64,000 bases of DNA from Ostreococcus lucimarinus. Its lineage: Eukaryota. Below the pieces are notes generated by a model. That model saw only the letters and a list, made by a program, of their open reading frames with translations, made no database searches and was not told where the DNA came from. A program made the translations under genes and the position numbers. The stretch lies in NCBI GenBank assembly GCA_000092065.1, contig CP000585.1. One strand, given 5' to 3'. This document shows, one piece after another, positions 55,082 through 64,000 of the stretch; position 1 is the first letter of the stretch, and the number at the start of each line of letters is the position of its first letter.

Positions 55082-57583
55082 TCAAACGCTTTCGTCGTAT
55101 TTTGCGACTGTGGGCCCCCCGCTTACTAATGGTTCGCTATCTTCGTCGTTGCTCGTGAATTTCCCTTTCGCGATGGCGACCAAAACTACGCCGAAGGCGA
55201 TCGCAGTGGCGCCAAAGACAGCGTTGAACGCGACATACTTTCCCTCGTCAACCGCGATCAGTTGAACCTCCTCCACGCGACGACCAGGGATCTGGAGCCG
55301 CACGTACGACAAATCCTCACCGAGATCACCGTCGGAGTCATCACCGGTTTGTTCACTTTGCAAAATCCACCCCTCCGTCGGCATCTCCACGAGCACCTCG
55401 TTTTCGCCTTGTGCGATCGAGACGTTCGTCAGCGGCACTTGAGGATTGAACGCACACTCAGCATCGGGAGTGAATGTACACACCGAAAACCCAGTTGGCG
55501 CGCATCGAAGCGCGTAGACACCATCTCCGTGCTTTCCTTCCTTGTGATTCCAGAAATGACCGGGAGCGTCTTCACCGCATCCTTGCGTTACGCTACACGT
55601 GAAAACGCTGTTTTCGACGTCGTGAGCCGATTGACTAGCCGGATTGAGTTGCTTATTGGTCAGAGTCAATCCACCATGATCGTCAGCAATCATGTCAGAG
55701 ACGTTTTGCGACGAATATTTGTCTGAAGTCCCGTACTGAGCTGCAGTGACGGTGTTTGCGTCGCCACACGAGTTAACGATGCCGAGCTCTGGACAGAACT
55801 GTGTACCGTGCGATCGCAAGTTGAGATCATCGCAGTTTCGCGAGCGAGAGTTTCGCACATTGAAACATTGCCCGATTTCGAGGTTCGGCGCGCAAGAACA
55901 AGAGCATGTGCCACTGAAACGTTCCGGGTCATCCTCGGTCCAAGTCGCATCGTGCGTGATGGAGGCTGTTTGTACTTTTGACGCGGCGACTTGATCGTCG
56001 GGAACAGAATTCACGAGTGTTTCCATTTGGTCGTTGTACGCATTTTGATCGGAATCCCCGAGACGCGGTAAGACGACTTTTCTCTCTTTAAGCGGCTCAT
56101 TTTTGTGGTGCAAGCTCGCCCACACATTTTCGTAACTCGTGCCCGATCTAGAGAGCTTCGGGTAAGTCAATCGGTGATTTTGATCGCTCGATGGCTTCGG
56201 ATCGATGGCGTGCGCGATGATCTGCCAGGCGCGTTGTACGACAAACATATCATTACGTGGAAGAACTGTGCGTTCAGATTCTGCAAGATCTGCTTGTTGA
56301 ATAGCTGCACTGACGGCCGGACAAGTCGGCGACGAGCCCCACGTTGTACCGAGGCTGACGACGACTGTTCGCTGTTCCGGAACAGTGATCATCATCGAAC
56401 CCATCTCACCGGCGTTAAACAAGACATCGTAGCTCGGCTCGGCTCCCGGAAGCACCGGACCGTCGTGTACCGGGCAATCAGCGCCCAAACCGCTGACGGA
56501 ATTCGTCGGCGCCGACTCATTGCCAGCTTGCGCTTGTTCTTGATCGTTCATCTTTGATGCGGCGTGCACGTTGTACGTCCATCCCGCGAGACCAAAGTAC
56601 CTTGACGCGTCAGGATAGGACGGTCGCATCATCGCACGAAGAAATTTTTTGTCGACGAGTTGTCTGGAGCCGCCGTCTGGCATTTTCCATCTCCCTTCGT
56701 TGACGATGAGTTGTCCGAAGCGAGCCATATCGCGGCAGCTCGCGAGCTGTCCGCCGACGAATGACATCTCACCTTTCGAGCTACCCGTACCTTGCTCGAA
56801 GAAATCGCCCAGTCCAAGGGGATCAGCGATGCGCTTCTTCGCGAACGCCGTCGGGCGCTGTCCCGTGGCGCCTCTAAGGACGCCGTTCAAATATTTCAAA
56901 GGCGACTTTTGGACGTCGTTATACGCCGCGTCGTTACGGAACTCCTCTCCTGGTACGTGGCTTCCATCCGAGCTCACCTGCGCGAGCAACTCGCGCACCG
57001 TAAGCGACGCCCAGTACTCACTATTCCACTCCGGCGGCGTATCACCTCCGAATTGTTGCGCGCGGTCCAGCAACTCCTTCACCTTGTCGTCCAGCGTCAG
57101 GTCCTGTCTCAGAATCGCCGCGCCGATCGCGAGTGCCGTCGCCACTTTCCCGACGTATCCCACGTTGAACACGCTGTTCAGCGTCGCGCCGTTGTAATAC
57201 TCTTCGTGCACCACGACGCCGTCCTTCACCACCACCACGCAGTCGCGCGCCGGCAAGTCAAGCTTCAACTGCGTCGACCCCTCGATCAGCGCGTGACCGC
57301 GCAGACCGTGATCTTCGGGAAAGCTAGAGTACCACGACCCATTCGCCGGTCCGAGGACGTCGCGCGAGCCGAGCGCGAGGAGCTCGTCGCTGTTTTCGTA
57401 CGCGTACCACGCGCCGAGCGCCAACACCACGGCGATCGCGACGGCGACGACGCGGTGGCCGTGCGCGGACCAGAACGAGCGCCGACCGTGCGTGGCCCAC
57501 GCTCGAGTGTCTTCGTTCATCGCGAGCGTTCGCTCGCGCGACGGCGCGCGCGCGCGCGAGGATGTGTAGAGCTGATTCATCAT
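55082..57583 (-). CDS. Beta-lactamase/transpeptidase-fold (class C / LACTB-like) membrane protein with a Cys-rich C-terminal domain; the catalytic Ser is apparently substituted by Tyr
   Basis: The N-terminal anchor is VVAVAIAVVLALGAWYAY. SVFNVGYVGKVATALAIGAAILRQDLTLDDKV aligns to the class C motif FELGSVSKTFTGVLGG (as recalled) with Y in place of the SxxK serine. Downstream are ADPLGLGDFF, GGQLASCRDMARFGQLIVNEGRW, a Cys-rich module and a second TM (AIAFGVVLVAIA). Confidence 0.6.
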   Translation of the reverse strand: MMNQLYTSSRARAPSRERTLAMNEDTRAWATHGRRSFWSAHGHRVVAVAIAVVLALGAWYAYENSDELLALGSRDVLGPANGSWYSSFPEDHGLRGHALIEGSTQLKLDLPARDCVVVVKDGVVVHEEYYNGATLNSVFNVGYVGKVATALAIGAAILRQDLTLDDKVKELLDRAQQFGGDTPPEWNSEYWASLTVRELLAQVSSDGSHVPGEEFRNDAAYNDVQKSPLKYLNGVLRGATGQRPTAFAKKRIADPLGLGDFFEQGTGSSKGEMSFVGGQLASCRDMARFGQLIVNEGRWKMPDGGSRQLVDKKFLRAMMRPSYPDASRYFGLAGWTYNVHAASKMNDQEQAQAGNESAPTNSVSGLGADCPVHDGPVLPGAEPSYDVLFNAGEMGSMMITVPEQRTVVVSLGTTWGSSPTCPAVSAAIQQADLAESERTVLPRNDMFVVQRAWQIIAHAIDPKPSSDQNHRLTYPKLSRSGTSYENVWASLHHKNEPLKERKVVLPRLGDSDQNAYNDQMETLVNSVPDDQVAASKVQTASITHDATWTEDDPERFSGTCSCSCAPNLEIGQCFNVRNSRSRNCDDLNLRSHGTQFCPELGIVNSCGDANTVTAAQYGTSDKYSSQNVSDMIADDHGGLTLTNKQLNPASQSAHDVENSVFTCSVTQGCGEDAPGHFWNHKEGKHGDGVYALRCAPTGFSVCTFTPDAECAFNPQVPLTNVSIAQGENEVLVEMPTEGWILQSEQTGDDSDGDLGEDLSYVRLQIPGRRVEEVQLIAVDEGKYVAFNAVFGATAIAFGVVLVAIAKGKFTSNDEDSEPLVSGGPTVAKYDESV

Positions 57584-57651
57584 AGGGTGTTGGCCCGCGC
57601 GCGGTGCGGCGGTGGTCGAAATACGCTGAATTACAACAAGAAAGCTATTAG

Positions 57652-59187
57652 TTAAAGCCAGGGGGTGCTGGATAAGTCGCCCGTCGCCGAACGATCGTCG
57701 AGAGGGTCGACCGAGCTCGTTCCCGCGACTTCCTTACCAGACTTGGCGCTCGAGGCTTCCCAACCGCCGAGCGGCTTGGACGTGTCGAGGAGCTCGGATA
57801 ACGACTCGCCGCTCGGGATGGAGCCGGCGATGGCGAATTTCACGCCGGTTTTGTCGAATATTCGCGATAAACCCAGAAAAATGTGGTGACGAAGGCGCAT
57901 TGTGGTAAACCCAGCCGCGCGGAAGACGCCGTAATCGTTATAACAGACGATTTCCAACACCGCGCCTCCCGCGAAAGAGTTCATGCCGGTGAGCGTGCAA
58001 CGCGGGGCCAAGCTCACGCCACGAACGACGTCCGCGCCCACGGTTGACCGGAGAAAGCTCTCCACTTGCGTTTGTAAGTGCGGGACTTTGGGCAAGTCGT
58101 CGAAAGAAATCGCAAACTGCTCTCGGAACTCGCGATACGGCGCTCGCGAGAGGTTCTCCACCTTGTACGCCACCATGGCGCTGTTCGGGATGTACGCCAC
58201 CTTGCCGGCGCGGTTGATTAACTTCGTGTACAAATAACCGATGCTTTCGACGCGACCGGAAATTTCGCGACGTCCTCCGATCAGGACTCGAATAACTTCT
58301 TTGGGAACGAACCATCCCGCCGCGATGACGATGAGGCCGCCGAAGTAGTTCGCAATCGTATCCCGCAAGACGACGGAGGCGAAAATTGCGAGCACGACCC
58401 CGGATGCGCCGAGCACTTGAAGCACCGCTCGCAACGGTAACCCTAACGAATCAAGCGCGGCCAGGCCCGTGATCCCCCAAATCAGCGCCGCACTCTCTCT
58501 GTCGTACACGTGCGCCGGTATTAAATCAGTCGGTTCCCTCGAACCGTACATTTTGCGCCGCAAGTCTCCCGCCGCTTTCGCGAGAAACTTTTTCCGAAAG
58601 CTCGTCACCACGCTTCCGTAATATACAATCTTCAGCATTCGCACCACGCGTTCGGGCGGTAACAGCGCGTGCGCGTCCGGGCTCGCGATCGGCACGATCA
58701 CCGCGTACACGAACGCCAACCCGACGTTGAACAGCGCGCCTCGCGCCAGCAGATAGACGAAGCCAAAAACACTCTCCGCGAACTCCTCGTCCTCGTCTCG
58801 CCGTCGCGCTCGCATCCACGCGTTGTGCACCACCACCAGCGCCGGCCGCAGCGCTCCGACGGCGAGCATGAGAGAGAAGGAGAAAATCGTCGCGTACGCC
58901 AGCACCTCCGCCACGTTGAGCCTCGCCGCGCTCTGCAGCACCTGCGGCAGGTACGTCGCCGACTGTCGCGCGACTTCGTCCGAGATCGTGCTCGCCGTCG
59001 CTCGCGCGCGCGTCGAGCGTCTCGCGTCGCCGCGCGCCGTCGCCGTCGCCGTCGCCGTCGCGTCGCGCGCCGCGCGTCGCGTCGACGCGTCGGCGCGGTG
59101 GTTGGCGTTCGCGCGCGTCGATTCGCGTCGCGCGGACGCGACGCGCGGCGCGAGCGACGCGCGGGGGGCGGGCGCGACGGCGCGCAT
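57652..59187 (-). CDS. MscS-family mechanosensitive ion channel (MSL-like) with an Arg/Ala/Thr-rich presequence containing an (Ala-Thr)4 repeat
   Basis: VLAIFASVVLRDTIANYFGGLIVIAAGWFVPKEVIRVLIGGRREISGRVESIGYLYTKLINRAGKVAYIPNSAMVAYKVENLSR matches the MscS pore helix plus beta-domain signature. The start is taken at M33 of the ORF (about 59187); M1 at 59283 is possible. Confidence 0.8.
   Translation of the reverse strand: MRAVAPAPRASLAPRVASARRESTRANANHRADASTRRAARDATATATATARGDARRSTRARATASTISDEVARQSATYLPQVLQSAARLNVAEVLAYATIFSFSLMLAVGALRPALVVVHNAWMRARRRDEDEEFAESVFGFVYLLARGALFNVGLAFVYAVIVPIASPDAHALLPPERVVRMLKIVYYGSVVTSFRKKFLAKAAGDLRRKMYGSREPTDLIPAHVYDRESAALIWGITGLAALDSLGLPLRAVLQVLGASGVVLAIFASVVLRDTIANYFGGLIVIAAGWFVPKEVIRVLIGGRREISGRVESIGYLYTKLINRAGKVAYIPNSAMVAYKVENLSRAPYREFREQFAISFDDLPKVPHLQTQVESFLRSTVGADVVRGVSLAPRCTLTGMNSFAGGAVLEIVCYNDYGVFRAAGFTTMRLRHHIFLGLSRIFDKTGVKFAIAGSIPSGESLSELLDTSKPLGGWEASSAKSGKEVAGTSSVDPLDDRSATGDLSSTPWL
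59035..59062. repeat. (GCCGTC)4-5 hexanucleotide repeat inside the MscS-like presequence coding region
   Basis: cgccgtcgccgtcgccgtcgccgtcgcg on the plus strand encodes [10 protein letters not shown] on the minus strand. It is the same hexamer family as 24100-24136 in citrate synthase and (GACGGC)5 at 20238-20268. Confidence 0.8.
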
Positions 59188-59391
59188 CGATCCGGACGCG
59201 CGCGCGACGCCGCGAGCGGGACGCGCGCGATTCGGCGCGGCGGTGAGTGCGGTGGGAACGCAAACATCTCGCAAACATCTCAAACGCGAGCCTCGCGAGA
59301 CGATAGGGGGTCGTTACAGCGACTAATGCGGTCGGCGTGATGGTCGAAAAGCGCGCGCGCGAGCGTTGGGTGAGATGAGAGGGTCGAAGAA

Positions 59392-60549
59392 TCACGGACC
59401 GCGACCGCGACGCGAGGCGAGAACCAAGACGGCGAAACCGAGGACGCCGCCGCCGACGGCGGTGGGATTCTTCTCCGTCGCGCGCTCCACGCGCTTGATC
59501 ACGTTGTGCTTCGTGCGCTTGTACAATCGAACGGCCGCGCCTTGAAGTCTTCGAATGGGATGTTCCCGCACGCCAGCCTTCATGCGCTGCTTGAAGGGCG
59601 AGCGAAGCGGGCTGTCCGCGAGTTCGTCTTCGATTTCCTTCGCCTTCGCGCGCGCCGCGCTCAGCGCGTCGGAGAGTTTCACCTCCATCGCGCTCTTCGG
59701 TTTCGGCGTCGACGCCGGCGTCGACGCCGACGCCGACGCCGGCGTCGTCATCGATTTCGTCCTCGATCCCGCGGACTTGGGCGTTTTCAAAAACGAAAAC
59801 GCCTTCTTCGGTCCCTCGCCCGTCGACTTTTTCGGCGTTCGTTCGAAACGCGCGTTCGCGTTCGCCTTCACCACGCTCGCCACCGCCGTCTCCACGCACG
59901 CCCGCACCCCGCGTTCCCGTTCCGCGTCCTCGATCACGCGTTCCACGATTCCGCGCGTCACCGCTCGCACCGTTCGCGCCCCCACCTCTTCCTCGTCCTC
60001 CGCGTCGTGAAACTCCTCCTCCGACCCCTCCGCGCTCGCGAACCCGTTCGCGTCCACCCACGCCGCCCGTTCGCCGCCCCTCACCGCGCCGTTCGACGTC
60101 TTCGCCCGTTTCACCGGCGACGCGCGTGTCGCGTCCGCCGTCGCCGTCGTCCCCGTCGACGACGCGTGCGCGCCCTCGCGCTCGCGCCGCGCCGCGATCG
60201 TCGCGATCTTGTCATCCTTCGCGCGCACCTTGGCCGCGCGTCGCGCGCGGTCCTCCTCCGCGATCGCGCGCGCGCGCATTCGAACCGCCTCCGCGCGCTC
60301 CGACGCGGACGGTCGCGTCGTGTGCGTCGCCGTCGCGCCGCGCGGCGTCGTCGTCGTCGCGGAATTCGACCGCGCGTTCGAATTCCGCGTCGTCGTCGTC
60401 GTCGGCGCGTCGCGCGCGGCGGCGGACGACGCGTCGTCGAACGCGGGCATCGCGGGCGGTCCGCGTCGCGCGCCGCGGCGCGACGACGCGCGCGCGCGTG
60501 TGCGGCGCGTCGCGAACGCGTCGTCGAACGCGACATCGCGCGTCGACAT
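59392..60549 (-). CDS. Hypothetical tail-anchored protein (Ala/Arg/Thr-rich N-terminal half, C-terminal TM GVLGFAVLVLAS)
   Basis: The C-terminal ~130 aa (FLKTPKSAG...KQRMKAGVREHPIRRLQGAAVRLYKRTKHNVIKRVERATEKNPTAVGGGVLGFAVLVL) has normal composition. The start is tentatively placed at MSTRDVAFDD (ATG about 60549, verified as cat on plus). The upstream ORF part overlaps the next gene. Confidence 0.4.
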   Translation of the reverse strand: MSTRDVAFDDAFATRRTRARASSRRGARRGPPAMPAFDDASSAAARDAPTTTTTRNSNARSNSATTTTPRGATATHTTRPSASERAEAVRMRARAIAEEDRARRAAKVRAKDDKIATIAARREREGAHASSTGTTATADATRASPVKRAKTSNGAVRGGERAAWVDANGFASAEGSEEEFHDAEDEEEVGARTVRAVTRGIVERVIEDAERERGVRACVETAVASVVKANANARFERTPKKSTGEGPKKAFSFLKTPKSAGSRTKSMTTPASASASTPASTPKPKSAMEVKLSDALSAARAKAKEIEDELADSPLRSPFKQRMKAGVREHPIRRLQGAAVRLYKRTKHNVIKRVERATEKNPTAVGGGVLGFAVLVLASRRGRGP

Positions 60550-60655
60550 CGATCGATCGCGCGCGCGCGCGCGCAGAGCGCGGCGGCGCGTCACCGGGCG
60601 CGCGACGAAGACGCCGCGCGACCCGCGTCGTCGGCGCGCCGCACGCGCGCGGCGC

Positions 60656-62083
60656 ATGGCGCGCGCGAGCGACGACGACGCGCGCGACCGGCGTCGCTCG
60701 TTTCGGTGTCGCGACGTCGTCGACGCCGTCGTCGACGGCGACGACGGCGCGCGCGCGCGCGTCGTCAACGTGAACGGCGTCGCGCGCGTCGAGGTGTCGT
60801 CGCGCGCGGGCGCGGGCGCGCGCGCGGGGCGGGTGGGACCGGTGGACGCGCTGCGCGCGGCGTGCGCGTGCGCGACGGCGGCGACGTTCGAGTCGAGGAA
60901 CGCGCGCGAGGCGGCGGAGGGCGCGCGCGCGGTGCGAGCGATGCTCGCGCTGGTGCGAATGGTGTGCGAACGGCGGGCGACGCGGGACGAGGCGATCGAG
61001 CGAGGGGTGATGCGACGGACGTCGACGGCGGCGCGGGGCGTCGGCGCGAGCCTGGCGGCGCACGCGCGGGCGAGGAGGGGAAGGGGGGTCGGCGCGGTGT
61101 TCGCGTCGTGGTGCGCGACGAGGGACATCGGGGACGTGACGGCGATCGTGCGATCGCTGGTGGAGGCGTACGGGAGCGCGACGGCGCCGATGCTGACGAT
61201 GTTCCCGAGCGAGGGCGACGACGGCGCGGGCGGTTTCGTCGAGGAGGATCCGGTGGGGGATTACCTGAGCGTCATCGCCGCGGCGTCGGATTGCACGGAG
61301 GACGTGGAGTATCGCATGGCGTGTTTGCGGTGGTTCGCGCGCGCGTGGTTCGACGAAGCGTCGACGAAGTCGTCGTCGAGACCCACGAGGCGAGACGCGT
61401 TGAACGCGGTGGCGGTGCTCGACGGAGCGACGCGCGCGCTGGAGAAGCACCTCGCGAGCGACGGCGATCGCAACGCCATGGATGGTTTGGAGAAACACGT
61501 CGTCGTCATCGCCGAGATGCTTCGCTTCATCGCCCTCGATGACGCTATCGATGATTATTTCGACAAAGACGTTCTGGGCGAGCGTTCGCTGCTCGGCGCG
61601 ATCGAGTCGATTTGCCGTATCACGCGCTCAGTTCTATCTCTGTACACGAAAAGCGCGTCGGGCGACGTCAATGAGTCGTTGGCGATCATGCTGGTGTACC
61701 TGTTGGAAATCGTCGAGCTGTTTACGGCGGACACCAATGCGTACGAAGACATCGGCACCCTTCTCAGAGCCGACATCGTCGCCATCTTTTCGATGCCGCG
61801 CGCCAAGTTCATCCAGTTGTGGTCCCCGCATGGCGACATCGGTTCTCGGGTGACTCGACACCTTCTCGTCGAGTCTCACGCGAACACACCGGCGCACACG
61901 CTGTCCTTGTTCCGCATCGTCGGCAACTTTCACGACGTCGATCTAGGACTGGTGGAAACGAGCGTCGCCCTAGAAAACTTGCTGACGCTTCGTACGACGC
62001 TCGAAGGAGAGGTCGGGGCAAAGGCGCCGACGCAGGAAGAGATGGATAATTTCGCGCTAGCCATTCAAGCGTGGACGCGTTAG
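60656..62083 (+). CDS. Hypothetical helical protein (475 aa), no recognised domain
   Basis: The last ~320 aa (DIGDVTAIVRSLVEAYG...LSLYTKSASGDVNESLAIMLVYLLEIVELF...ALAIQAWTR) have normal, helical, protein-like composition. The ATG is tentatively at 60656 (MARASDDDARD), 106 bp head-to-head from the previous gene. The 5' part of ORF 60209-62083 was rejected as GC-driven. Confidence 0.45.
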   Translation: MARASDDDARDRRRSFRCRDVVDAVVDGDDGARARVVNVNGVARVEVSSRAGAGARAGRVGPVDALRAACACATAATFESRNAREAAEGARAVRAMLALVRMVCERRATRDEAIERGVMRRTSTAARGVGASLAAHARARRGRGVGAVFASWCATRDIGDVTAIVRSLVEAYGSATAPMLTMFPSEGDDGAGGFVEEDPVGDYLSVIAAASDCTEDVEYRMACLRWFARAWFDEASTKSSSRPTRRDALNAVAVLDGATRALEKHLASDGDRNAMDGLEKHVVVIAEMLRFIALDDAIDDYFDKDVLGERSLLGAIESICRITRSVLSLYTKSASGDVNESLAIMLVYLLEIVELFTADTNAYEDIGTLLRADIVAIFSMPRAKFIQLWSPHGDIGSRVTRHLLVESHANTPAHTLSLFRIVGNFHDVDLGLVETSVALENLLTLRTTLEGEVGAKAPTQEEMDNFALAIQAWTR

Positions 62084-62124
62084 AGTTTAGTTACAAGTGT
62101 CCGAGTTTTAGTGTACAAACAGCA

Positions 62125-63936
62125 TCACCGCCCCTGTTGGCTTTGAACGGCGTCGCTTGTGGCGCCGCCCGGTGGCGCCGCCGTCACGCCCCAGACGCCG
62201 CGACGAGGCGCGGATGCGTCGAGCGTGCGTTTTGTGTCCCAGTCCTCAGTCGTCCACTCGCCCATGCGATCGCGATTCAGATGCGCCTCCCAACTCCCGC
62301 CGTCGGCGAAACCGTATTGATGGACGACGTCGCGCTCATCCGCGTTGGAATCGAGCTTATACTCGACCGGACCTTCACCGCGAAAGAAATCAGGAAACAA
62401 TGCGAGAAGTGACTTGTCCGTCGCCGTCACTTCATTCGAATCGGTGGCTGGAACTCGCTCGCTCCGCGCGCACTCTTTTTCGAAAAAGGCTCTGTACTCG
62501 TCTCGCCACGCGTCCGCCCCCTTCTCCTTCGCCTGCTCGTGAACGCGCGCGAAAGCCTTTTCGAGCTCTTCTAGTGCTAATCCCGGATGGTCGATCTCCC
62601 AAAATTCTTTGCGCGGCTCACCGGCGACGTCCATTTTCATCGCCTCAACCCCACGCATGGCTTCTTCGTTGAGCGAGTCCGTCGACGCCTTGATGGACTC
62701 CGTCGCAAGCGTGCTCGACGCGAAGTAGCGATGGGCGAGGATCTCCTCGCACGATGCCCGCATCGATGGATCGAACTGAAGCATGCGACGAAGTAAGTCA
62801 CGCGCGTCGGCGTCGACGCCGTGATGAAAAAGAGTGTCTAACGAGCCAGCTCGTCCCGGGAGCGATCGCAGATACTCGCGCCAATGTGACGGCTTGATGC
62901 GCTCTATTTCCGCCCAACCCGGAGTGCCGATGACGTTGAACAGAGTGTCGAGCTGCGACCTTCTCTGCTCGGCACTTTCATCGCAGTTGTTGTCATCGTA
63001 TTGCTCACCAGTCGGCGGCGACGCCAGTGCGGTGTCTTCAAACGAAAACAGCGGCTTCACCGTCAATTTTTGATTCAACGCTCCCAAATTCGATGACACT
63101 TGCCTCTGCAACAGCTCGGCGAAAATGCATCCCAACGCCCACACGTCGACCGCACCAGTGTAAGCTATACCTCCCATGATGACCTCAGGCGCGCGATAAC
63201 ACGGCGTCATCACGAACTTAGTGAGCGCCCCGTCGTCTACGCGTGCGCTCAAAGCGCTCGTCGCCATTCGCCGTCGCTTGGGCCCGCAGTTCGCCTCCGT
63301 CTCGTCCTCCAGCGCCCCTCCCATCGCCCCTCGCGCGCTGCCAAAGTCACACAGCTTGATCACTCGCCCCCCGTGTCGATGTTTTCCCAACAGCGTGTTC
63401 GCGCTCTTGATATCTCTATGCCAAATTCCAACCGAGTGCAAGTATCGCGTCGCCTCGCACGCTTGCTGCATCAATCCCACGACCTCCTTCGCGCTCAACT
63501 GCCCTCGCAGCGCGAATATATCCCCACCTTCCGCGTATTCAAAGCTCAAATACACATCTATAGACACCGCCTTGAGCTTCATCGTCGTCGCGTCCAACTT
63601 CTTCGCCCCCTCGTCGCTTTCCTCGTAAAACGCTCGTCGCAGCGTGCACACGTTGGGATGATTCGTCCTGCGCAGCGCGACGATTTCCCGCAGCACCTTC
63701 CTCGCGTCTCGTTCCGAGTGCAGCACGTTTGAAATGCGTTTCACCGCCGCCCTGACGCCGCCGTGCGTCGCGTCTCGCGCTTCGCACACCGCGCCAAAGC
63801 TCCCGACGCCCAACAACCGCGTCAACTCGTAACGGTGCCCGACGCGCCACGTCTCCGTCACCGCTCGCCCGCCGCCCGCGTCGACGTGGGTGACGTAATA
63901 CGTCCCATCGTCACCGCGCGCGATCGCGCCCGTCAT
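62125..63936 (-). CDS. Ser/Thr protein kinase (CMGC-like activation segment) with a long C-terminal extension
   Basis: LGVGSFGAVCEA (Gly loop), AVKRI (VAIK), HRDIKSANTLL, DFGSARG and MTPCYRAPEVIMG...VDVWALGCIFAELL. The ATG at 63936 was verified. Confidence 0.8.
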   Translation of the reverse strand: MTGAIARGDDGTYYVTHVDAGGGRAVTETWRVGHRYELTRLLGVGSFGAVCEARDATHGGVRAAVKRISNVLHSERDARKVLREIVALRRTNHPNVCTLRRAFYEESDEGAKKLDATTMKLKAVSIDVYLSFEYAEGGDIFALRGQLSAKEVVGLMQQACEATRYLHSVGIWHRDIKSANTLLGKHRHGGRVIKLCDFGSARGAMGGALEDETEANCGPKRRRMATSALSARVDDGALTKFVMTPCYRAPEVIMGGIAYTGAVDVWALGCIFAELLQRQVSSNLGALNQKLTVKPLFSFEDTALASPPTGEQYDDNNCDESAEQRRSQLDTLFNVIGTPGWAEIERIKPSHWREYLRSLPGRAGSLDTLFHHGVDADARDLLRRMLQFDPSMRASCEEILAHRYFASSTLATESIKASTDSLNEEAMRGVEAMKMDVAGEPRKEFWEIDHPGLALEELEKAFARVHEQAKEKGADAWRDEYRAFFEKECARSERVPATDSNEVTATDKSLLALFPDFFRGEGPVEYKLDSNADERDVVHQYGFADGGSWEAHLNRDRMGEWTTEDWDTKRTLDASAPRRGVWGVTAAPPGGATSDAVQSQQGR

Positions 63937-64000
63937 CGCGCGCGCGGCGTCGCGGCGCGCGGCGTCGAATGAGAAGAGCGCTTCGGCCCGTTCGCGACAT

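Noticed and set aside
58526-60061. 511-aa minus-strand ORF, plus 59506-61542 (678 aa), 60212-61498 and 60111-60536
   Set aside because: They have extreme Arg/Gly/Ala composition and overlap the MscS-like gene and both hypothetical genes in other frames. They are not supported.
1-64000. Search for tRNA, rRNA, CRISPR arrays, transposase/reverse-transcriptase/integrase ORFs, or viral-type genes
   Set aside because: I found no cloverleaf-like tRNA signatures (GTTCGAATC-type T-arms in an appropriate context), no rDNA, no spaced direct-repeat arrays, and no TE-like protein among ORFs over 150 aa. The window appears to be ordinary, densely packed host genes.
63937-64000. Minus-strand ATG at the very end of the window (cat at 63998-64000)
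   Set aside because: Too little sequence is present to evaluate it. It may be the 3' part of an upstream-reading gene, or nothing.

Overview
The window is a 64 kb, roughly 65-70% GC, very gene-dense stretch of eukaryotic nuclear DNA, with about one gene per 1.6-2 kb and no sign of prokaryotic or viral origin. Several observations point to a compact green-algal genome of Mamiellophyceae / Micromonas type, and this is inference, not a database result. The evidence is: clearly eukaryotic gene content (MCM9, HECT E3 ligase, Mei2-like RNA-binding protein, UBE2S-like E2, Rab18-like GTPase, SEC11 signal peptidase, Myb-repeat protein, Sin3-type PAH domains); organelle-type proteins with arginine/alanine-rich presequences; TGTAA/TGTAC motifs after stop codons; few, short, GC-rich introns; and R/A-rich codon usage. 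I support about 35 protein-coding genes. Confidently recognised products include a plastid triose-phosphate/phosphate-translocator-family transporter (partial, runs off the window start), an hnRNP-like RRM+WW protein (3 exons), a TKL-type protein kinase, a Mei2-like RNA-binding protein, a PHO88/SND3-like membrane protein, MCM9, a large HECT E3 ligase (2 exons), asparagine synthetase, a DUF2431/BMT5-like methyltransferase, a bacterial-type GmhB/HisB-N HAD phosphatase, mitochondrial citrate synthase, a 5-Myb-repeat protein, an LHC/LI818-like light-harvesting protein, TspO, 3-dehydroquinate synthase, SEC11, a UBE2S-like E2, ClpP, M17 leucyl aminopeptidase, an RCC1-repeat protein, an Alba-like protein, an ADAT2-type tRNA adenosine deaminase, a GYF-domain protein, a cyclophilin, a Deg/HtrA protease, a two-PAH Sin3-like protein (at least 3 exons), a Rab18-like GTPase, ATP synthase OSCP (3 exons) with a nearby candidate plant-type 6 kDa ATP synthase subunit, a Kelch-repeat membrane protein, a beta-lactamase-fold protein whose catalytic Ser appears replaced by Tyr, an MscS-like channel and a second protein kinase. 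I found no rRNA, tRNA, CRISPR array or transposon. The ORF track uses ATG, GTG and TTG starts and many long ORFs are GC-driven antisense artefacts, so I re-picked ATG starts from conserved N-termini; coordinates obtained this way are accurate to about 1-2 nt. The most interesting observations are listed below. (1) An inverted-repeat-flanked mosaic in the convergent 3' UTR region at 4555-4725 carries an exact 39-nt copy of the kinase gene's start-codon region plus a second kinase-derived fragment. (2) All seven inferred introns share an invariant GACTGAC branch-point-like box 24-45 nt upstream of the 3' splice site. (3) 5' exons of the HECT and OSCP genes are hidden inside GC-rich read-through ORFs. 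(4) The LHC promoter carries a duplicated palindromic GAGGCGCCTC box. (5) There is extreme gene packing: several head-to-head gene pairs lie 80-170 bp apart, and one convergent pair has overlapping stop codons. (6) The same GCCGTC hexanucleotide repeat encodes Ala-Thr runs in two unrelated organellar presequences.
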